DNA of 57,497 bases, the filler included, from Sphacelaria rigidula (Eukaryota): assembly GCA_964200075.2 (NCBI GenBank). It is 6 parts of 6 records of this genome, joined end to end, with 100 filler letters (N's around TTAATTAATTAA, not from the genome) between each part and the next. Parts side by side here need not be neighbours in the genome. Positions count along the whole stretch, not along the records: positions 47,999 to 57,497 come from CAXNAA020008350.1; 5 more parts are not named here. One strand, given 5' to 3'. The position numbers were made by a program, and so were the translations under genes. The notes under the pieces were generated by a model, which was given only the letters and a program-made list of their open reading frames with translations, made no database searches and had not been told where the DNA came from. This document shows positions 47,999-57,497 of the stretch, piece by piece. Position 1 is the first letter of the stretch. Each line of letters begins with the position of its first letter.

Positions 47999-50900
47999 CC
48001 CGGCACTATCCAGGAGCGTAACTGACGGCCGTTCATATCGACCCCCGTCTCGAACCTCCACACAATTTTCAACACAGCCCGCAGAGCCCGCGACTAAGAT
48101 TGTCCGCCCGGCCCTCCCGGCACTATGCAGGAGTGCAACTGACGGCCGTTTAAATCGACCCCCGTCTTCATCCCTCCACACACCGCGTAACAGTTGTGTC
48201 ACCCCGCGACTCAGATCTACACCCGGCACTGAACTTGGTCCTTTAGTACCGAGTATAAGTCTGAGGTGTGGGAAGACCAACCGCCAGTCCCTGAGGCGAC
48301 GGCTTCCCTCAGCGACCGCACGCACAGGTAGCAGCGAGCCTTTTTCAGCTGACCCAAGTGTTGCTGATTTGAACCCGACCACATCGGATCATGTAATTCC
48401 CAATCAGTTCGATCGGGCTCCTTCCCCGCGATTTTCAAGACGCACGGACCTACCTTCGGCCAGTTTTACTACCAACCGCCATATCTTCGGCTATGCCCCA
48501 ACAGCCAAGCTTGCCTACGGAAAGCAGCCCACAAGTTTCGCTCCGTCATGCCCCGATGCTGACCCCATCCGCGCAACTGGACGCAGTTATGGTTTCATCC
48601 CCAAATGTTTTGGAAGTTCCCCGACCTTTGTCACGGCGAAAGAGAAAGCCCCGTAAGCATGCCCCCAAGGACGCGCGCGCATCATTACGTACACCTTTTT
48701 CGAGCGGAAATCCTCGACCTCAATCTCTCCAAAATGCGACGACTTTGAGCTCGACGGCTCCATCAAGTATCCCGGAAAAAATAAAATCACATGATTCTGA
48801 TGGCACTACTTCTTCAATCGACGGCTCCAGCCCCGCACATCCTTGATCCCCACTTGCCGGTGATCCTGTCAATCAAAGACGATCATTTACGAGACCGCCA
48901 ATGACCGTGCCACACCTGGAAATAATATACTATCCACCCCCTGCTCTGATGAGACATCTGACCCACCGGCGGATCATCCGCCGTGCGTTTTTGCTGTCAG
49001 CCCCGCTGATCCTGACCAGTATACCTTGCCGGAACACGGTCCGGATCTTGTCGGTGGCAAAGTGTCTGTAGATCCGGCCACTTTCACTACTCGCGTTGCG
49101 ATCCATGCCGGTCCAAACGCTATCACGCCTACGAAATGCGTATCCTTGTTGGACAGCGGCAGCCCGCAAACATTTGTTCGAGAATCAACATGGAAACACA
49201 TGAAATAGACTGGCGCTGCTACTGTAGCTTGCGAAACCACCACCAAACCTCGCGTGTGGGGCAGTTTCGGTGATTCTGCCGCGCCACTGACGACACGAAA
49301 ATCCGTACGTCTCAGTGTGCAGTTCTTTCACAACACCACTCGGTCTGCCAGCCTGGCAGTCTGGGCATACATTGTCCCCGACAGCACAATGCATCACGCC
49401 ATATTATTGGGCAGATATAGCTATATGCGGTTTAATAAACGCACCTACCGCACGCTTCCACCACTAACGCCATATTCCACGCCGCGTGGATAATTCAACC
49501 TCGAGCACTTCGGTACTCTCCACGGCGCCCTAGCTTATCAGAAGAATCCTCAAGCAACCGGAGCTGCTTACCACCTACGAAATAATGGTAGCGTGGGTAT
49601 TACACTCTCCGACGACCCCCAACTTCTTGAAGTTGCACTAGTTCACCGAAATGGCATGCCAGCACTTACGGCCCATTATCTTGCTGAAATGTTACCTCGT
49701 ATTGGCGCACCAGCCGACATAGAACATTTTGTGTCGGCGGGACAACAACCCCTTCCCATTATGGACCATGCTAACTTGGAACCCGGCGATGTTTTAGGAA
49801 TCGCCGCTGCTTACCTGATGCACATCCCACTCGAGACGTGCGTCACAGAGCCTGCCGCCAAACGCCACATCTCCGGCGGAGTCAGTCCATTGTGTCGATG
49901 AACCCTATTTTGACCTTGCCTCCGCGACTACACCCCAGGTCCACACCGTGGATCCTGCCCAGTCAAATTCCGATCCTCCTGCTGAAGTGCTTCAACGCTT
50001 ATTACCAGATGCACGGAATAGTTTCTCGCACATGTGGAACCAACTGTCGCCACACATGCACGACATCAATTAAGACCGTCACGGGCCCGGTTGGAAACCG
50101 GCAGTCATCCAAGAACTCAGTGATGTCCTGCTACAGTACCAAGACCGATTCTCTCGATCCAAGACAGATTTTGGGCATTGCAAAACACTGTCCTTTGAGG
50201 TTACCCTCCAACCCGGTGTCTCGCCGATTTCTTCTCGTCCATACTGTACCAACCCAATCCTTACCGAGAAAGTTAACGCCATCTTGGATGCGTATTTGGG
50301 AGCAGGACTAATACAACATTCGTCCTCTCCTTGGGCCTCGCCACTTGTGGTCGTCCCCAAAAAGGATGGAAACATACGCATAACCGTGAATTATCAACGG
50401 TTGAACCGCGTCACTGTAGTCGGTAAAGCTTCCGATTCCCCGCATTGATGAAGTCTTAGACTCATTGGGCGAAGGGAAAATATTCAGCACCTTCGACCTC
50501 GCTTCTGGGTTTTTTCAGAATGCTATATACCCTGACACAGTCCCACTGACGGCTTTTTGTACCTCGTCCGGACTTTATGAGTAGCTTCGAATGCCACAAG
50601 GCGCCGCCACGGCCCCGGGATGCTTTCAACGCTTAATACAACGCGTCATCGAGGGCCTCGAGCACATCATCATGTACTTGGATGACGCTATCGTTTTCGA
50701 TGCCTCACCTATTGCACATACACGCACTACGAGAATTTCTCTCTCGCCTACGCACGCACGATTTGAAACTGCCTCCATCCAAAGCTCGCCTTGGCGCGAC
50801 TGACTTGGATTTCTTGGGGCATTCCATTTCGCCAGCAGGCCTGCATCCGGATACAAACAAAGTCAAGGCGATGACTGATTTGCCGATGCCAACTAACATT

Positions 50901-53900
50901 TTTCAACTTCGCTCATTGTTGGGTGGGCTATCCTACTACCGCAAATGTTTGCCGAATTTATCGAAACGGATTCGCCCCCTTACTGAGCTACTAAAGAAAG
51001 GAGCCGTGTTTTCTTTCACCACAGAAATGGAGAATATCACCCGCGAATAACTCAAGACGCTTACCGAAAAGCCCGTACTTTGCTTTCCTGATTGGGAGGC
51101 AGTACAAGATGGCTCCCGCCTTTTCCAACTCTATACTGACGCCAGAACAAATGGATTTAGCGGGGTTTTGAATCAACCTCAGGTTGATGGCTCAGTCCGG
51201 CCCATCCTTGATTTCAGCCGCGCTACCCTGCCTGACGGGGCGAATTGGAACCCGCTAGAACTGGAAGGTGGAGTAATCACTTGGACCATTAAGCGCCTTC
51301 GACAATATATGTTTCACGTGCCCTTCGAGATCTATACGGATCACGGAGCACTTGAACAACTCGCCAAGGTTAGTGAACACAACCCTCGTGTACAACGATG
51401 GTTGGAGCTTTTAAGAGCATACCAGAATACCATTAAGCACCGTCCAGGCAGAACCCACGGGAACGCGGATCTTTTTTCCCGCCTACCTCTGCCGCCTACG
51501 GCCGCAGCTTCCAACCCGGCTTGCCGTTTAACGGGACCCGATGAACCCGGACTTTACGCGATCAGACGTTTTTCAACGCCCGTTTACGCCCTCGACCTGC
51601 AATGCCCGGAAACCGGTATGCACATGGGAAGACCTCGCCCTCTACCATATGACGTCGTCTTGGGTGGGTTAAAGCCCACTACCTCCGACTTTGTCAGTAT
51701 TCGCACTTTCGGTACTCGCACGAAACTCTTCGCGGAGACACCTCCAGTCACCCACCTTATCTCCGATAACACGCGCTCCCGGTCTGCCGCCCGCACCACA
51801 CCGAGTGCCCCGCTGCCGCCAATAACACCTTCAACCTTCATGAGCCACCCCGCACAAGTTCCACGGTCCAACACACAAAGCTCCGCGAAAACCTGTGCAC
51901 CGTGCGCCACGCGCCGCGAACAATCTTCGCCGCGCACTGATACAACCCCGTCGCCAAGAACGGCGCCGCAAATATCTCCTACTTCCGAGCTCGGAACTGA
52001 CGACTCGTCTCCTGCTCCCGGGAAATATATTGACGTCGGCATTTCTGCCCCGTCGCCTATTCCCCCGCCGCCTGCCCTACCATGTTTGGTCGGCTCGCCA
52101 GCGGAAGGTCAACTACGCGAGTTTCTCGCCAGCTACTCCCATCGCGATTGGGCTCGCGAACAGAACGCAGAACCGGTATGTCGCGCAGTCATCAGGTACT
52201 TACCACTTGACTGTCCAGTCCCTTTTCCGTCCACACTTCTGGCCCCGGTTGGAACACTGCCACCACCAGTTATTTCTGACGTATACGAGCTCATGCGTAA
52301 AGGCACCCTTTTTACTACGGACGAAGGCGTGCAACTACTCGTACGTCGGCCCACGCCCTTGACAGGCGTAATTGCCGCCTCAACTATGGGACGCACCGCA
52401 CGACTTTTCAATGACGAACCAACGCGCATATATGTGCCATTACTAATGCGTCCCTGGGTCATGAAAGACTGCCACATAAACTTGTCATGCCACCGTGGCG
52501 TCACCCGCACCCCCGCGCTCTTGAAACGCTTCTACTGGTGGGTGGGCATGGAAATTTCAACCCGCTTCTGGATTCGGCGATGCATTAAATGCCAAGCCCG
52601 CAAAACTTCACGACAGACAGTGCGCTGGCCCGTCAATTCTATGGGACTCCCGGCCACCTTGTGTCCTTCGACTACTTTGGCCCTCTACCGACCACAGGTC
52701 GCGGCAACACCTATATTTTACTCTTCACTGACCGCTTTAGCCGCCACGCGTTCATGTACGCGGTAACCGCCGCAGATTTCACTGCCACCGGAACGGCAGA
52801 CATACTGGTCCATGAATACATTAAGCACTACGGCTGCCCAAAGCGACTACTTTCAGACAATAGTCAGCAATTTTGTTCAGACCTCTCTGACGAGCTTTAA
52901 AAGCTCCTGGGCATCCGCAAAATTGCCACGAGCGCCTACCACCCGAACGGTAATGGTGGTACCGAGAGAGTTAATCACACCATGGCTCAGATGCTCCCTA
53001 TGGTTGTCGATGGCCGCCAGAATGACTGGGACCTACAGCTCTCCCACATCATGTTGTCCTACAACAACCCGGTTAATGCCACCACAGGCCTTTCTCCGAA
53101 CGAACTCCATCTTGGACGTTACCCTCGGCTGTCCATCACCGTGTTTGAGCGCCACACGTTCGACGGACACCAGGGAGTGGATCAGGATCAGATATCCTAC
53201 AACGAGCTAACGCATGCACGGCAACACAAAGCGTTCACCCTCGTGCGCGAACAACACGCTATCAATGCCTCGCGCCTAGAGAGATCTAACACTGCTCTAT
53301 ACAACCTCATGCACAAACGCCCCAACTGGAAAGTTGGTGATTGGGTTTGGATCTACAACAGCTTGTCGAACATCCGCCAAGGCACCAGCAAAGCAGCCAA
53401 CGAGACAATTTTAAAGACAAAATTGTCCCTTAATTGGACAGGACCATTCAAGATCCTGACAGTCGGACCATCGTCATCATCACAGGATAATAAACCCGTT
53501 GGTGACAAACTGCTCTATCTCGACTTGCCTCGCGACTTCCAGGGCAAGGACACCAAGCCCCGCGTCTCCATGCACAGATGCAAACCCTGCACGAACCCGC
53601 ATGATACAAGCGACATGCCCAAGTACCTGCCGGCCGGACTCACACAGTATGTTCTCAACAGCTACTCGACCAAGTGCACGCCCTACCACGTTACAACCTA
53701 CGACGTGACGGAACAGCCCTTTCGGTTGGCTGTGTCCTCCATTTCCGGTCACCAGATAATCCGTGGTCGAGGAGGCAAGATCGCTGTCATGTATAAGACA
53801 CGCTGGCATGGTCTTCGGAGAGCGTCTTGGGAACGCGAATCCGACCTGCAATTGCACCCTCGTGCAACCCTCCTTTACTGGACGTAATCCCAACATCAGC

Positions 53901-55706
53901 ATCTTGCTCACAACAAGAAATATCGCAACATGCGCCGTGGCGCAGCAGCCCGCGAATTTCACCGCAATCAGGGACTACGCTTTGTCGCCGATGGTTACGA
54001 ACTTGTACCCTCCAAGACTGGTAAGACGAAGTTCTTCGCGAATCAGCGACTTCTGCCCAAGGGCAGCTACCTTTGGTTCAAAGGTAGCGACAACCTCTGG
54101 TGGTTGGGTCACATACATCGTGCGCTTCATCGATAACCCTGGACCCACACAGCTCAAGCTTCGGCCAGCGCTATACACCACCAGCCCATCTGCACCACGC
54201 GGATACTGGTGTCTCCAGCGCCTCAAGTCCAAAGGGCTTCGCCGCAGTCTCCAGCGCAACATCGACCACACCCAAGACGTCCACGCCCCGCTTTGAACCA
54301 CGCTTCTTTGTCGCGACTGTTGCCCCACCCCCATTTTTTCCCGTAAGCATTGTGTGCCCCCCCTTCTCCACCAGGATCCTCTTCTACGACACCACAACAG
54401 CGCGACCTACATCGGACGACGATCAAGAACTACTGACACGACCGCTATCTACGACTACTGGAGCCATAGTATCCCCTTCATCTGGCGCTCGATCTCGTTG
54501 GATCACCGATTTTCAGGTTTTCGATCTTGCAGTTTTTAGCACCTTTGGATTCCCCCAGGTTGAAGCTCTCCTCCCTGTTGTACCTCCCTGTTTTCCCTCT
54601 TAACTTTTGCTAGGACGCTGAAGCAATTTGTGCTTCTTCGTTGATCGCTAGCACGCCGAAGCAGTTTATGCTTCCGCGTTTTGGAGCAGTTTTTCCTGCT
54701 CCTCGAAGCAGTCTATGCTTCACTTCTTTTGAGGTGTGGGAGTGGGTACAGGATTGTTGGTACGGGCATGTTAGGTACGGGAGTGTTCCTTTAGGTATGC
54801 TTTAGTCGCTCATGACTTTATGCGTGAAGAAAAACCTTAGTTTTCGCTGCTTTGAGGACAAATCCTCGCAGCTGTAATGTAGGTTCGTCTGGGTGGGTTG
54901 GTGTCATGAAGACGCGTATTAGTCTGTTGATGCCGCTTCAGACCCGTTGTCGACTCTGGTCATGGCTTACTTTTGTTTCGGTAGACAAGACTACTGGTCT
55001 GTTCAGAGTTGGTCCGGTACGAATGTGAACCTGTACAAGTACAGGGATGATACCGGCTTTGGTCGCTGTTCTCACGACCAAAGCTCGCACCATCAATCAC
55101 TACCAACTGCTCCCCTCTGCTAGCCAGAAAAAGGAAGTCTAACCATCGGTGAGAGATATTGGCTGGTTTGGGTTGGATTGATTGAGTGGGTACTGGAGTT
55201 AGAATCAAGATAACCAAGAGAAGCGAAGAACCTATTCGCGTGAAACCTCGTCTGATATTTGGGTGCTGAGCAGGTTACACGGTATCTACAAGCTGTAGCG
55301 GCCTGACGGTTGTAAACTTGCCTGTCAAGCTAGTGCCTTGGGTTACAAGCCGTGTCCTTGCATTATACTACCGCTTGCTCCTCTTTCCAAAATTCCCTGC
55401 TCGCATATCTCCATCCTCCATCGATGTATGATGCACACCGACAGATTATAAAGGGAGAAGAGGTGCTGCTTTGTGTACCCAGAGAGACGCAGAAAACCCA
55501 GGGTAGAGAGCGTGTACTGGAATAGACATCATGGCGACTACATTATATTCTACTGTCTGCTAGTTGCGCTAAGTCTATCGGTAACGCCATGATATCCACT
55601 GTGCCATCTCTACAGCAAAGTGAGTTATGACCTACAGACAGGACGGTACACATGACAGTGTAGTATTGTACTGTATATACACGGAAGCCCAAATAATACA
55701 ACAGCA
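47999..55706 (+). mobile_element. Decayed Ty3/Gypsy LTR retrotransposon in a GPD intron; 5' end in gap; putative 3' LTR from 55464 to 55617 or 55706
   Basis: Protease LLDSGS; RT SPWASPLVVVPKKDG, FDLASGFFQ, MPQG, MYLDD; RNase H YTDA and YTDH; integrase CH..HRG..CIKC, FDYFGP, FTDRFSR, SDN, GGTER; WTGPF; chromo-like region. Polypurine tract aaagggagaagagg followed by TGCTG...CAGCA. ~118-bp tandem repeats at 47999-48230. Confidence 0.92.
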
Positions 55707-55980
55707 CAGTGCAGTCGTCTTATTCTCGGTCATCGCTGCGTTCATCCCTTCGTCCATCAGAATTTCCGAAGGATCAGATTTCACCAAAGCCCCGGGAAGC
55801 ATTATCCCTTCCTGCCGGCAGCTGTAAAATTTAAACCTTATTTGACCACCAGGGTGGGCACTTCTGAAGTGAAAATTGTACCGAAGAAGCAAAGAATCCC
55901 CCCTCGGTGTGGCACGTTCTCCGTGTTCTTTCGAACAACAGCGGACGGATGCTGTAGGGCTTCCGTAGTTGACCATCGTT

Positions 55981-56277
55981 GGGCTACGTTTTAGAATGGT
56001 TGACACAATCGTACAAGTATCGTTGCCCTTACCCTTAACCCTAACCCTAACCCCGACCCAACGCACACAGAGAACCCTCGGGCAAGGGCGGAACGTACAT
56101 TCCCTACGCAAAGTGCGGCCTTGGTGGACCCCAAATCGGCGCCTGTGGCACCGACTTCAACGAAAAACGCGTTTTTTGCGAGCACGAGGAGCACACGGGA
56201 CTGTCAGCCCCGATAAATTCCGCTTCTCGTGGTTCGTACTCAATTCGAGAAATATCAATCATTCTAAAACGTAGCCC
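55981..56277. mobile_element. MITE with ~23-bp TIRs and internal (CCCTAA)n telomere-like tract
   Basis: gggctacgttttagaatggttga / tcaatcattctaaaacgtagccc, with cccttacccttaaccctaaccctaacccc at 56026-56054. Confidence 0.85.
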
Positions 56278-56414
56278 GATGCCGGTAAACTGTACTGCAC
56301 AGGCGCCGATTTGGGGTCTACCCAGGCCGATCACGCATACTTTTTCAAGTGAACATTGATGCCGATTCAGTATGCCACCTACCCTCGCGGTCATAGTGTT
56401 AACCCTTAGCCCGT

Positions 56415-56689
56415 GATTCGGGGGGGGGGTGTTGTTGTCCCATTTGTTTTTGGTACTCCATTTTCTTTCTGCGGCGCTTGCCTCTCCTTTTTTATCGCGA
56501 GAGGGCTTCAGCAATCCCTTTCCCTCGTCGACCACCAAGTCGAATTCTGAATTCTGTGTACCCACGACATAGTCGCTCTTCACTGTTGGGCATGGTGTGA
56601 GAAACAACCCCAGATCGCTCCGAGATTTGAACCCACGACCCAGCCGTCAGAAGGCTGCGAGGATACCAACTGAGCCACCGGGGCGACCG
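56415..56689 (-). mobile_element. tRNA-derived SINE, family A, nested in a piggyBac-type mini-MITE
   Basis: Minus-strand A box GGTGGCTCAGTTGG and B box GTTCAAATC. Flanked by ttaacccttag (56399-56409) and by the rest of the MITE (56695-56782). Confidence 0.88.
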
Positions 56690-56848
56690 CCACGGTGCGG
56701 GTAGTCCATCTGGATAACGCATACTTTTTTCAAGTCAAAGTTGATGCCGATTCGGCAGGTGACCTACCCTCGCGGTCTATCGAAAAGAGACCTGAAAAAT
56801 GTTTGTAGATAAGAGTTGATGGGGAACATCATGGAATGTTACAAACTC

Positions 56849-56887
56849 ACACTAACACTAACACTAACACTAACACTAACACTAACC
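56849..56887. repeat. (CACTAA)n telomere-variant hexamer tract within a repeat copy
   Basis: About six tandem acacta/cactaa units. Confidence 0.9.
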
Positions 56888-57497
56888 TCGACCCGAGGCG
56901 CACGAGACCCTCGGGCGAAGAGGGTGCATAGTTTCCCCTAGGCAAGGTGTGCGTTGGCAGACTTCGAATCGTCGCGGCAGGCGCCGATTTCGACAAGAGC
57001 ACGTTCTGGAAGAGCTCGGTCCACTGCGCACCTACCCCAAAACATATTTTTTTCAGAACTTCATCAACTCTAACATCGAGTAGTCATCCCTGTCAACCGT
57101 TGTGTACGAAAATTTCACTAGGTCAACTGCTCTAAGGGTCAACGGGCCTCTTATCATGCTAGAAGCTAACGTGTCGTGTAACAATTTAAAAGGTGAATGT
57201 CACGCCGGTCGAAAACAACGGTCACTCTCAATCCTGTATTCAACTCTCAATCTCACGAAAACATTGTTGTACATGCATATTTTCGAAGTGAAGTGCAGGT
57301 ATAATGTAGCAGCGAGATACTCGCTTGCTTTGCAGACACGAGCGTGAGCTACGGCCCCTCCTGTAACGCCTACAGCTCGTGAAGTGGTAGGTTTATCTCA
57401 GTACATGACACTTTCTACGATAGTCGAGTCATCCTACGATAAGGGGGGGGTTATTTTGGGCCATTTGTTGCTCGAAATTTCGAGTCAGATCGTCGTT

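Overview
Eukaryotic, gap-containing scaffold that is very rich in transposable elements. It is most likely brown algal (inference from the long TE-filled introns, sigma-like GST and repeat types). I can build three host genes from GT..AG splice sites with consistent phases: (1) a 2-exon, 198-aa uncharacterised protein on the minus strand (1163-3789) with SILK and RVxF-like motifs; (2) a complete 5-exon, 207-aa sigma-like glutathione S-transferase on the minus strand (20283-27108); (3) three internal exons of an NAD-dependent glycerol-3-phosphate dehydrogenase on the plus strand (40816-47394). The rest is mobile DNA: an intron-split, decayed Sola2-like DDD transposase gene with a Tudor-like tail, preceded by a 1-kb palindrome and a 5 x ~302-bp array; two decayed Ty3/Gypsy elements (one with a chromodomain, LTRs and a 4-bp TSD, one with chromo-like plus PWWP-like integrase extensions); LINE fragments; two tRNA-derived SINE families; several MITE families; and microsatellites. 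All family assignments come from motif recognition by eye, not database searches.
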